A stretch of DNA of 64,000 nt from an uncultured Verrucomicrobiae bacterium (GCA_963760675.1 CAVXEG010000017.1:200515-264514); one strand, 5' to 3'; counted from the stretch's first letter, positions 33,533 to 41,844 are shown. Notes: a model not told the origin generated them from the letters alone. Program-made: numbers and translations.

Positions 33533-33615
33533 CCGGCGTGTAGCCCAATCGGAACAGCAGACCGGTTCCGCTCAAACCGGAAAGGTTGCAGGTGCAAGTC
33601 CTGCCACGCGGACCA
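33533..33615 (+). tRNA. tRNA-like, anticodon loop ctCAAac (Leu CAA-like)
   Basis: Anticodon arm ttccg-ctcaaac-cggaa. T-arm gcagg-tgcaagt-cctgc. CCA 33613-33615. Confidence 0.4.
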
Positions 33616-33619
33616 ATTT

Positions 33620-33707
33620 GGAATGTCCACCGGTCAAGCGCGCCGGGCCTCGGTGCTAACGAGTGCGTGCCTTCGGGCAAGTGGTGCAAGTCCACGGCAT
33701 TCCGCCA
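33620..33707 (+). tRNA. tRNA-Ser(GCT)-like, class II (88 nt, long variable arm), T-loop TGCAAGT
   Basis: Acceptor ggaatgt/gcattcc. Loop gtGCTaa. Variable arm tgcc..ggca. Discriminator G, CCA. Confidence 0.5.
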
Positions 33708-33712
33708 TTCAT

Positions 33713-33804
33713 GCGCGCGTAGCTCAAAGAGAGCCGGCGGCTTTATACCCCGCATCGCACTAGATCAGTGCCGGGATCCGGAGCGTTACCGGACGCGCGT
33801 ACCA
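33713..33804 (+). tRNA. tRNA-like, 92 nt. Anticodon loop region gctttatacc reads as TAT (Ile AUA) or TTA (ochre suppressor) depending on register. T-loop AGCGTTA.
   Basis: Acceptor gcgcgcg/cgcgcgt. ta gctc..gagc D-arm. Anticodon stem imperfect. Confidence 0.35.
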
Positions 33805-33808
33805 TTTT

Positions 33809-33884
33809 GTCCCCATAGCTCAAAACACAGAGCGGGCGCGTCCTAAGCGTCAGGTTGTCGGTGAGAGTCCGGCTGGGGACACCA
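33809..33884 (+). tRNA. tRNA-Arg(CCT)-like, T-loop TGAGAGT
   Basis: gtcccca ta gctc aaaacaca gagc g ggcgc gtCCTaa gcgtc aggtt gtcgg tgagagt ccggc tggggac a CCA. Confidence 0.6.
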
Positions 33885-33890
33885 ATTTCT

Positions 33891-33964
33891 GCGGGTGTGG
33901 TTCAACAGCAGAATGCGGCCGTGCCAAGGCCGAGACGACGGTGCGACTCCGTTCACCCGCTCCA
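33891..33964 (+). tRNA. tRNA-Gly(GCC)-like, T-loop TGCGACT
   Basis: Anticodon arm cggcc-gtGCCaa-ggccg. T-arm gacgg-tgcgact-ccgtt. Acceptor gcgggtg/cacccgc. Confidence 0.6.
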
Positions 33965-33969
33965 ATTTC

Positions 33970-34044
33970 GGGGGCGTAGCTCATCAGCAGAGCGCTCGTT
34001 TGACATGCGAGAGGCAAAGAGGGCAGCACTCTTCGCTCCCACCA
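33970..34044 (+). tRNA. tRNA-Val(GAC)-like, D-loop ATCAGCA, T-loop GGCAGCA
   Basis: gggggcg ta gctc atcagca gagc g ctcgt ttGACat gcgag aggca aagag ggcagca ctctt cgctccc a CCA. Confidence 0.6.
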
Positions 34045-34050
34045 TTTTCC

Positions 34051-34127
34051 GAGGGCATAGCTCAGCCAGTCAGAGCGGATGCTTCACATGCATCAGGTCG
34101 AAGGCGCGAATCCTTCTGCCCTCACCA
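34051..34127 (+). tRNA. tRNA-Val(CAC)-like, T-loop CGCGAAT
   Basis: gagggca ta gctc agccagtca gagc g gatgc ttCACat gcatc aggtc gaagg cgcgaat ccttc tgccctc a CCA. Confidence 0.65.
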
Positions 34128-34132
34128 TTTCT

Positions 34133-34210
34133 GTCCCTGTGGTGTAGTCCAGTCAACATGCCTGCCTCTCATGCAGGAGATCACCGGAGCGAAGCCGGTC
34201 AGGGACGCCA
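34133..34210 (+). tRNA. tRNA-Glu(CTC)-like, T-loop AGCGAAG
   Basis: Acceptor gtccctg/cagggac. Anticodon arm cctgc-ctCTCat-gcagg. T-arm accgg-agcgaag-ccggt. Confidence 0.6.
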
Positions 34211-34219
34211 ATTTCAATT

Positions 34220-34294
34220 GCCCTCAAAGCATTGTCAGCGATGCATTCGCTCGGTAAGCGAATCAGCTCGGTGCAATTCCGAGTGAGGGCTCCA
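34220..34294 (+). tRNA. tRNA-Thr(GGT)-like (anticodon loop tcGGTaa with C33), T-loop TGCAATT
   Basis: gccctca aa gcat tgtcagcg atgc a ttcgc tcggtaa gcgaa .. ctcgg tgcaatt ccgag tgagggc t CCA. Confidence 0.5.
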
Positions 34295-34297
34295 TTT

Positions 34298-34369
34298 CGC
34301 AGTCGAGCCAGCGCTCAAGTGGGTTTCATAAGCCCGCTGTGTCCGGGGCAGCACCGGAGACTGCGACCA
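34298..34369 (+). tRNA. tRNA-like with apparent 9-nt anticodon loop (tttCATaag), T-loop GGCAGCA
   Basis: Acceptor cgcagtc/gactgcg. T-arm tccgg-ggcagca-ccgga. Confidence 0.35.
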
Positions 34370-34374
34370 TTTCC

Positions 34375-34446
34375 GCCTCCATGCAGCAGCCTGCGGATTT
34401 CTTTTGTAAAGAATTCCTGCCGGAGCATCACCGGCTGGAGGCTCCA
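34375..34446 (+). tRNA. tRNA-like (72 nt), anticodon unresolved. T-loop AGCATCA.
   Basis: Acceptor gcctcca/tggaggc. T-arm gccgg-agcatca-ccggc. Confidence 0.35.
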
Positions 34447-34454
34447 TTCCATTT

Positions 34455-34529
34455 GCTCGCGTAGCCCAATGCAGAGGCACGACGTCGAGAACGTCGCCAG
34501 TGCAGGTGCAAGTCCTGCCGCGAGCACCA
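34455..34529 (+). tRNA. tRNA-like, anticodon loop tcGAGaa (GAG, Leu-type anticodon but short variable arm), T-loop TGCAAGT
   Basis: Acceptor gctcgcg/cgcgagc. Anticodon stem cgacg/cgtcg. Confidence 0.4.
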
Positions 34530-34536
34530 ATTTCAA

Positions 34537-34617
34537 GGAGTCGAAGCACAAAGCAGACCGGCACCGGACTTTTAATCCGTGAACATGGTGAGGTTGCAAC
34601 TACCTCCGGCTCCACCA
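34537..34617 (+). tRNA. tRNA-like (81 nt), anticodon region imperfect (possible TTT). T-loop TGCAACT.
   Basis: Acceptor ggagtcg/cggctcc. T-arm gaggt-tgcaact-acctc. Confidence 0.35.
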
Positions 34618-34623
34618 ATTCAT

Positions 34624-34698
34624 TGCCGGGTCGTCTAATCAGTAGGACACCGCCCTTTGAAGGCGACGGTGATGGTGCGAATCCATCCCCGGCAGCCA
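34624..34698 (+). tRNA. tRNA-Gln(TTG)-like, D-loop AATCAGTA, T-loop TGCGAAT
   Basis: tgccggg tc gtct aatcagta ggac a ccgcc ctTTGaa ggcga cggt gatgg tgcgaat ccatc cccggca g CCA. Confidence 0.55.
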
Positions 34699-34716
34699 AT
34701 TCAGTCGAGCTTCGAC

Positions 34717-34790
34717 CGCTCGGTGGTGAAATAGCATCACGTCTGGCCTACACCCAGAAATCGAGGGGGCAGAACCTTCCCGGGCGACCA
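34717..34790 (+). tRNA. tRNA-Val(TAC)-like (loop ccTACac, C33), T-loop GGCAGAA
   Basis: Acceptor cgctcgg/ccgggcg. D-arm gtga-aatagca-tcac. Anticodon stem tctgg/ccaga. Confidence 0.45.
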
Positions 34791-34797
34791 ATTCCAT

Positions 34798-34873
34798 TGC
34801 CTCGTGTGCATAATCAGCAGTGCGCCGGTCTCTGACACCGGAGAGTCTGGAGCAAAACCAGGCGAGGCAGCCA
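34798..34873 (+). tRNA. tRNA-Gln(CTG)-like, T-loop AGCAAAA
   Basis: Acceptor tgcctcg/cgaggca. Anticodon arm ccggt-ctCTGac-accgg. T-arm tctgg-agcaaaa-ccagg. Confidence 0.5.
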
Positions 34874-34944
34874 ATTTCGCCATTTCAACAAAGAACAAAC
34901 ACCTCAACGCGCGGAGCAGTCAGTGGCGGTGTGCAAACACTTTT

Positions 34945-35529
34945 ATGAGCGACATACTGAACAAGACGATTGTGCTGGTGCTCAACCGCAACTGGCAGGC
35001 GATCAACATTCGCACGCCGCAGGACGCGTTCTGCCAGATGGCCACGAACGTGGCCACCGCGCTGGAGATCGAAGGCGAGAACCACATCCGTCCCGTCACG
35101 TGGGACGAGTGGATCACGCTGCCGATTCGCGAGGGCGACAACGCCGTGCGCACCGCGCGCGGCGCGATCCGCGTGCCGACGGTGATTGTGGCGGTGAACT
35201 TCGCCAAGGTGCCGAAGAAGCGCCCGAAGCTCTGCGCCAAGACGATTCGCGAGCGCGACGGCAACCGCTGCCAATACACGGGCAAGTTGCTGAAGCCGGA
35301 CGAAGGCAGCCTCGACCACGTCCTGCCCCGCTCGCGCGGCGGCGCGGACACGTGGGAAAACCTCGTGTGGTCGAGCAAGGACGTGAACACCCGCAAGGGC
35401 AACCGCCTGCCGCACGAAGCCGGCCTGAAGCTGCTCAGCGTCCCGCGCGCGCCGAAGGAACTGCCGGTGACGGCGCTCATCCGCAACGCCCACGGCGTCG
35501 CCGAGTGGAAACTGTTCCTGAATGAATGA
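34945..35529 (+). CDS. HNH endonuclease
   Basis: CQYTGKLLKPDEGSLDHVLPRSRGGADTWENLVWSSKDVNTRKGNR (HNH core with Zn-binding Cys/His). Starts at MSDILNKTIVLVLNRNW. Directly 3' of the tRNA array. Confidence 0.75.
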   Translation: MSDILNKTIVLVLNRNWQAINIRTPQDAFCQMATNVATALEIEGENHIRPVTWDEWITLPIREGDNAVRTARGAIRVPTVIVAVNFAKVPKKRPKLCAKTIRERDGNRCQYTGKLLKPDEGSLDHVLPRSRGGADTWENLVWSSKDVNTRKGNRLPHEAGLKLLSVPRAPKELPVTALIRNAHGVAEWKLFLNE

Positions 35530-35609
35530 AACAACGGGAGAGCGGGCGTCAAAGCTCGCTCTCCTAGCTTAAACTCAACAAACGAATCAAAATCTGCAAG
35601 CATCATCCC

Positions 35610-36345
35610 ATGTTGTGCCGGCTATGTCATAAGAAAGCAGTGCTAAGGAATTCACACATCATTCCAGAATTCTTCTACAAGCCGGCGTATGACCCTTTGC
35701 ATCGTTTTCAAGTGATCACTTCCAATCCAGAAACTCCTGAGAGTTATGCTCAGAAGGGCCTGCGAGAAAAGCTTCTCTGCCACGAATGCGAACAAATTTT
35801 GCGCGGTGGGAACACTACGCGAATGAAACTCTTGTTCATAGCAACGGACTTGTGTCCGTTAACGTTCCGGAAGGAGTAGTGCTAAAGGGTTTGGATTACA
35901 CGAAATTCAAACTTTTTTTGCTGTCAATCCTTTGGCGCATGGGCGTGAGTTCGCTAGACGCATTTGTGGAAGTCAAACGAGGCAGTCATCATGAAGAAGC
36001 ACTTCGCGTTGCTCTCTTGAACGGCGATCCTTAAGCGGAAGACCGCTACGGTTGCATGATGATTGCACTCACTTTGAAAGGTAAGATTTACACTGAATTG
36101 GATTATCCCTCCGACATTGGTCAATTTCTGCAACCAGCATTGCTACCGGGTTCTCATTAATGAATCCTCTACTGCTTTTTAGTTTCGAAACAGCCAACTC
36201 CAAAACAGTTAAAACCGCTGATGCAACTCGTCAGAATCAAATGCTCGTGCTCACGGGGGATGTCGTGGATGTGCCTTTTCTATATAAAGCGGTGACTGAA
36301 TTCTCGAAGGCCATTAACAAACGCAAATCCAAACGCTTAAAATGA
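35610..36345 (+). CDS. Hypothetical Cys-rich protein (CRLCHKK...CHECEQ), lower GC than surroundings, 2 frame changes. Stop overlaps the rtcB start (taaaATGa).
   Basis: ORFs 35610..35879, 35786..36034 and 36160..36345 form one reading-through protein of ~240 aa. AT-richer codon usage suggests separate origin. Confidence 0.4.
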
Positions 36346-37746
36346 ACACCAAAGATTTTCTCCGTCTCGGCGTGCCGCTCGGTGAAGCCACGCGGCGCGC
36401 GACGGATTTTGTTGCGCAATTCATCTTGCGCGGCGGCGACACGGCGAAGTTGGAAGAGGAAGTCAAAGCCATCGTCGCCAATCCCGGCGTTGTTCGCCGA
36501 AGATCCGTTGCGCAAGGAATTCGCAAAAGCCGTTGCCAATTCGCCTCCGCCACCGCGCGCCGAACCGGTGAAGTATCGGCAATGGGGCGAAGGGCTCGAA
36601 CACGACGCGGTGATGCAGATGGAGAAGGCGTGCCTGTTGCCGGTGTCGGTGGCGGGCGCGCTGATGCCGGACGCGCACGTGGGCTACGGCCTGCCCATCG
36701 GCGGCGTGCTGGCCACGGAGAACGCGGTCATTCCTTACGCCGTCGGCGTGGACATCGCGTGCCGCATGAAGATGACGGTGCTGGATATTCCGGTGCGCGA
36801 CCTGGAGCAAAAGCAGGATCGGCTCACGCGCGCCATCGAAGCGGAGACGCGCTTCGGCATCGGCGCCAACTTCAAGCAACGCCGCGAGCATGAGGTGATG
36901 GACGCGGATTGGTCGGTCAGCGCCGTGACGCAGCAGAACAAGGACCGGGCGTGGTCGCAACTCGGCACGAGCGGCAGCGGAAATCATTTCGTCGAGTTCG
37001 GTTTGTTCACGGCGCAAGCAAGAGATCAACGGATCTTGCCAGCCGGGAACTTACGTGGCGTTGCTGTCGCACAGCGGCAGTCGCGGCACGGGCGCGGCGG
37101 TGTGCGATCATTACAGCAAGCTGGCGTTTGGCCAGCGTCGCGGATCTTGCCGAACGAATTGCTCCGGCTCGCGTGGCTGTCGCTCGATTCGCAGGAAGGC
37201 CAGGAATACTGGAACGCGATGGAGTTGATGGGCCAATACGCGGCGGCGAACCACGCGTGCATTCACCAGCACATCGCGGAGAATCTCGGCGCGCAGGTGC
37301 TGCTCGATTTGGAGAACCATCACAACTTCGCGTGGAAGGAGAAGCACGTCATTGACGGCGTGGAACGCGAAGTGGTCGTTCATCGCAAAGGCGCGACGCC
37401 GGCGGGCAAGGGCGTGCTCGGAATCATTCCCGGCTCGATGGCATCGCCGGGATTTGTCGTGAGCGGCAAAGGAAATCCGGAATCGCTCGAACTCGGCGTC
37501 GCACGGCGCGGGCCGCGCGATGAGCCGCAAAGCCGCGAACGAGAAATTCAATTGGAAGGACGTGAACCGTTTTCTCAAGCGAGCGAGGCGTGACGCTCAT
37601 CAGCGCCGGCCTCGACGAAGTGCCGATGGCTTACAAAAACATCCGCGAAGTGATGGCCGCGCAGAGCGACCTGGTCGACGGTGCTCGGCGAGTTCGATCC
37701 CAAGCTCGTGAAGATGGCGCCGAGCGGCGAGCGGCCGGAGGATTGA
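36342..37746 (+). CDS. rtcB: RtcB-family RNA ligase (long form, ~465 aa, N-terminal extension), frame changes near 36480 and 37500
   Basis: MPDAHVGYGLPIGGV, GVDIACRMKM, GTSGSGNHF, HRKGATPA, IIPGSMASPGFVV. C-terminal VTLISAGLDEVPMAYKNIREVMAAQSDLV in a shifted frame. Confidence 0.7.
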
Positions 37747-38246
37747 AATAAGATAGCGCGCTGAGGGGCCTCTGGTAATCTTGAAAACGCACTGCCCGAA
37801 CGCTAACGACACAAGATAGCTTTGGCCGACGAAGGAGCGCCGGAGCTATCAGGGGTTGAACGAGCCCGTGGAAGGAGAGTTAAGTTCGCAACAATTTCCA
37901 AAAGTTAGAAAAACCGCTCAACAATGCCAGTGTTCCAAAAGCGCCCCCCTTAAACCCCCCGTAAAAAGATTGCCTTTTCCTTCTATCGCATTTGACCTCG
38001 CCCTGGCCAAGGTTTTCTGCGAAAACAAATGGCCAAGGATCACTGACATGAACCGCTTCTTAGCCCACAGGCTCTCCTGGGTCAAGTCGCTCGGCCCTTT
38101 CTGCCGCGCAGCGGCTCAGTTCAACCCGACGGTGCAGCGAAAGGAAGCCAGCCGATTCGCTCAGAGACAAATCGAACGTCATCGACGGCTGGCTCCCGTC
38201 ACTGAACTTTGCGTTGGGTTCCACTCAAGCGCGTGAAACGGCGAGA

Positions 38247-38734
38247 ATGAAGGCGACCATCTATTACCTTCTCCTGTTGGGGATCGCCCTGGGATTACCT
38301 GCGGGTTGCAGCAGCACGGAGAGTGAGCGCGGAAGCGCAGATCGGCTGAAGACGAGCAGGACTTCCCTGGGAGCTTCGGCGTCCTCTCAAGTGAACGGCG
38401 AAGCTGGTCGTCATCCTGCTGAGACATCACCGGAACAGAGCCAGAAGATCGAATCACTATTCGCCTGGTGCTGGACGCCCATCGTTTTGTGCCGCCCATT
38501 TTCCTCGAAGGGCAAGACGGAGTGAGGTGGGCAGTGAGCACCCGGCCAGGCTCGGAGCGTCAGTTGGTTTTAGCGTTGGTGAAAATTGGTCTGACGAACC
38601 AGGTTTCCGTTGAATTGTTGCCCTACGTGCACATCGGCGTCACCTGGGCTTTGCCGGGTCATGAGTTTCGGGGGTTCACCGATCAGGAGGCACGCGAGAT
38701 GAACGATCAAATTCGGGAGAGACTCGTCAAGTGA
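38247..38734 (+). CDS. Lipoprotein (lipobox LPAGC), frame change near 38480
   Basis: MKATIYYLLLLGIALGLPAGCSS signal. C-terminal part in ORF 38468..38734. Confidence 0.45.
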
Positions 38735-38924
38735 TTCCGAGCGCATTATGCCAGGACCTCCCCTTTCAGATCAATCTTTGAAGCCCAACAATCGGATGCA
38801 CACGAGCCGCCGCCTCGCGCTTCGATTCCGAGTCTCTGGATTATTTGGACGCTGGATTCGCTGCCAGCGCCCGCTTCCGGCGGCAGTCGGTGAGTTTGAT
38901 CGTTGGTATCATTCACGTTTTATG

Positions 38925-39275
38925 AATTATCACACATCGCTTTTTGTTGCCGCTTTAGTGGCTTCAACATTGGTTGGTTGTTCCAAGCATTCAACCACAA
39001 CGGCGGTTCCGAAAGCTACGGATTGGGGAATCATTGAGGTGTCGGATGGCGTCTCTAGTCGTCATACTTTGGCTGACGGTCGAGTTTGCACCCTGACACC
39101 GACTATTTTGCCTGGAGGTCATCAAGTTCAGTTGGCCACGAGTATCACCAATATGGAAGCCGGCGGAGCCAGATATGTTTTTTCTCTCACTACTTTCTTT
39201 ACGCCTGACACGCAGACCACTTTTGCATTTGACCCAAGCAATGTCATCAGTTTGACATTGCACATAACAAAATGA
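38925..39275 (+). CDS. Lipoprotein (MNYHTSLFVAALVASTLVGC), lower-GC gene
   Basis: Internal start within ORF 38748..39275 with lipobox. Confidence 0.45.
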   Translation, partial: NYHTSLFVAALVASTLVGCSKHSTTTAVPKATDWGIIEVSDGVSSRHTLADGRVCTLTPTILPGGHQVQLATSITNMEAGGARYVFSLTTFFTPDTQTTFAFDPSNVISLTLHITK

Positions 39276-39498
39276 CGCCTAACCAGTCGCGAGCCTGTGT
39301 GAAAATTGGCGGAGTGATTGAGGGCTGAATGGGGAAGAGGAAAGGATTTTTCTGCGGCTCAAAGTTTTTGGGCGGTTAACGGATTGGGCAAGGGTCGGTG
39401 TGGGTGGCGTTCCGGGGAGTTATCGCAACCGAAAATCTGCCATATGATTTCTGTTGATGGCTACTAGCAACGTCTGACGACCGGACGTTTGGCCACCA

Positions 39499-40467
39499 CT
39501 ATTGCGACATCAGCAGGCGAAAGAACTGTTGATTTACGCCGGGCATAAAAGCGTTCGTCACATAAAATGGACTGCCATTGCCCGGCAGAATGCCAAAGAG
39601 ATTGGTCCAGTTGCCGCTGACGAGATCCGTGCGCGATTGCAACTGGTAAGTGTGGTTTGTCTGTGTGGGGCCGGACAATTTTACAGCACCGGAAATCGCG
39701 GTGATGGCTGTCGTTACGTTGGTGTATGGAGCGCCAACAAATTGCGAAGGTTGCAGCGCCGTGCTGCTGAACCTCAATTCATCAATCTGCCCGTCGAAAT
39801 TTCGGCGATATGGCCCGTTGTCCTGTCCGCCCGGGAAGTTGCCCGCGCCGACGTAAACGGGATAATTTGCCCAGGCAATCGGGGGGAATGAGTTGCTGGC
39901 CGAAGCAACAAGGCTGTAATCCGCGAAGAGTGAAAATAGAGTGTTGGTCTGGCCGATTTTGCACGTGAGCGCAAAGTGATGCCAGTTGCCGTCGGCGAAG
40001 TTCAATGACGCGGGAGAAACCAGATCAATGCCGTAGCTCTCCGAAAAGCAGATATGGCCGACCACTTGTCCCAGGTCAGTTAAAAGACAGACATAGGAAC
40101 TCAAAAAATCTCCCGGATTAGAGGTAAAAAGCTTGTTAACCATTGCTGGCGCGTAACCGTAAATGTGAATGGGCTGGTTGGCCTTGAAGAAAAACTCAAC
40201 GGTCCAGTCATTCGTCAGAATCAAATTTGCCGAATTGGGGATCTGGCCGTAATTCAAGTCGCCCGATAGATCGAGACAATTGCCGAGAACCCCGGGTGCA
40301 AACACTGCCGAACCCTGCACGGATCCGGTCAAATTGGATGGGCCGGAGTCAATCAGCGCCGAGGCGCTCAGGCCAGCCGTCCCGTCGAAATGATAGAAAG
40401 CAATTGTTTGGGCGGTTGCAGTGCCGCAGATGAATACCAGCGCAAAAACGCCCGAGTATAATTTCAT
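39499..40467 (-). CDS. Secreted protein with concanavalin-A-like/LamG-type lectin fold
   Basis: Signal peptide MKLYSGVFALVFICGTATAQ. LDLSGDLNYGQIP...WTVEFFFKAN pattern typical of LamG-like domains. Confidence 0.55.
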   Translation of the reverse strand: MKLYSGVFALVFICGTATAQTIAFYHFDGTAGLSASALIDSGPSNLTGSVQGSAVFAPGVLGNCLDLSGDLNYGQIPNSANLILTNDWTVEFFFKANQPIHIYGYAPAMVNKLFTSNPGDFLSSYVCLLTDLGQVVGHICFSESYGIDLVSPASLNFADGNWHHFALTCKIGQTNTLFSLFADYSLVASASNSFPPIAWANYPVYVGAGNFPGGQDNGPYRRNFDGQIDELRFSSTALQPSQFVGAPYTNVTTAITAISGAVKLSGPTQTNHTYQLQSRTDLVSGNWTNLFGILPGNGSPFYVTNAFMPGVNQQFFRLLMSQ

Positions 40468-40840
40468 AATTAGGGGTTGCAGCCGTCCCCGCTGGGATGG
40501 TGTCTGCTGTCATGATTGGCGTCAACAGATACCTATTTAAACTTTGGCGAAATGAAGTGATTCGTCCGCAAGCCTATGAAAACCATTCGAGGTTACCAAC
40601 TCATCACGCCAGATGATTTGCATTGGCGGCCCTCCAACCTGATGAAGATCCCGAACGCGGATTATCTGGAGCGCACCGGGAGCCTTCCTGTGCAAAACGC
40701 ACCATCGGATGCGTTGCGGAGCGCTCTTCCGCAATCGTCAATCGCAAGTCAAGGCCGGAGGCTCTGGGGCCATTTAGGAAATACTGGTCAGGGCAGACAC
40801 CCGCTCTACCTTCCCGTTAAGCCATAAGTTCTAGGCGGCA

Positions 40841-41554
40841 TTGAGACTGTCCCAAAGCGAGGTATGGAAAAGATATCGCGCAAGGAATGAGGATTCTGCG
40901 AGAATGATTCGCATGTCGCATCCAGACCCGAAGGGCCCGCCGGATCACACACTGATAAAAGCCGGCGAGATCTGGGAGAACCCGGTCAACCGGGAACGGC
41001 TCACGATCCTGGAGCGTCCCTGGGACAACCCGGAGGGGCGGGCGACCTTCGAGATGACTGCGCTCGTGGGGGCGCGAGTCGTGGGTGAACACCGCCATCC
41101 TGCCATCGTCGAGCGATTTACCGTGATCGAGGGGGAGCTGACCGTGAAGCGAAACGGGCAGACCGGCATCCTTCGTCAAGGCGAGACGGCCGTCGCCGAG
41201 GCCGGCGTCTGGCACGACTGGTGGAATGCGGGCGAGCGCGATGCGCGCGTGCGTGTGGAAATCACGCCGGGCGAGCGGTTCTTGCACATGATCGAGACCT
41301 TCTTCGGCCTCGCGCGGCTCGGGCACACTGACAGCAAGGGCATGCCGCGTCTCTTGCAGCTCGTTCCGATCGCACGCGAGTTCAGCGACGTGGTCGAGTT
41401 CCGTTCACCGCCAGCGGCTGTGCAGCGCATTGTCTTTGGGGCGCTCGCGCCCGTCGCGCGGTGGCGCGGCTATCAGCGGGACCTACCCGCAATTCTCACG
41501 CAGTGTGCTGGCGCCCCGGACTTAATACCGGGGTGGCGTTCCGGGGAGTTATAG
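40841..41554 (+). CDS. Cupin-domain protein
   Basis: GEHRHPAIVERFTVIEGELTV two-motif cupin signature. Confidence 0.55.
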   Translation: MRLSQSEVWKRYRARNEDSARMIRMSHPDPKGPPDHTLIKAGEIWENPVNRERLTILERPWDNPEGRATFEMTALVGARVVGEHRHPAIVERFTVIEGELTVKRNGQTGILRQGETAVAEAGVWHDWWNAGERDARVRVEITPGERFLHMIETFFGLARLGHTDSKGMPRLLQLVPIAREFSDVVEFRSPPAAVQRIVFGALAPVARWRGYQRDLPAILTQCAGAPDLIPGWRSGEL

Positions 41555-41844
41555 GAACCCACGGAGGATGGGACAAATGCGGTCCAAGGATTGTAATGAG
41601 CTTCAGATATACGAACCGCTGGTTCGTATATCCGAGGGAGCTCGGAGTGATTGGCAATGACTTACAATTTAGAAATCCCGGGGCAGTTCTCCATGAATCC
41701 ACTGAAGCGCCGGCAGCGTATTTTCATTGACGTTTTATTGATTTCCAAGTAGTTACATATGTCAGGAGACATGAAGAATCCGCAGTTGAATAAACGACTG
41801 CCAGTCGTATAAAAAAAGTTAGGCGTCTGCGAGCGCGGCTGCTG

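Larger units (their letters stand above)
32875..34873 (+). other. Main tRNA gene array (block C): 24 head-to-tail tRNA or tRNA-like units, all plus strand, encoded CCA, 3-18 nt spacers mostly ATTTC
   Basis: Unit boundaries from complementary 7-nt acceptor strands bracketing T-arms of type NGCRANN, CCA, then TTTC. Confidence 0.7.

Noticed and set aside
28734-34873. CRISPR-like periodicity (~80-bp units with a recurring cca-tttc junction)
   Set aside because: Units differ in sequence and fold as tRNA cloverleaves with anticodons. There are no identical repeats or unique spacers, and no cas genes.
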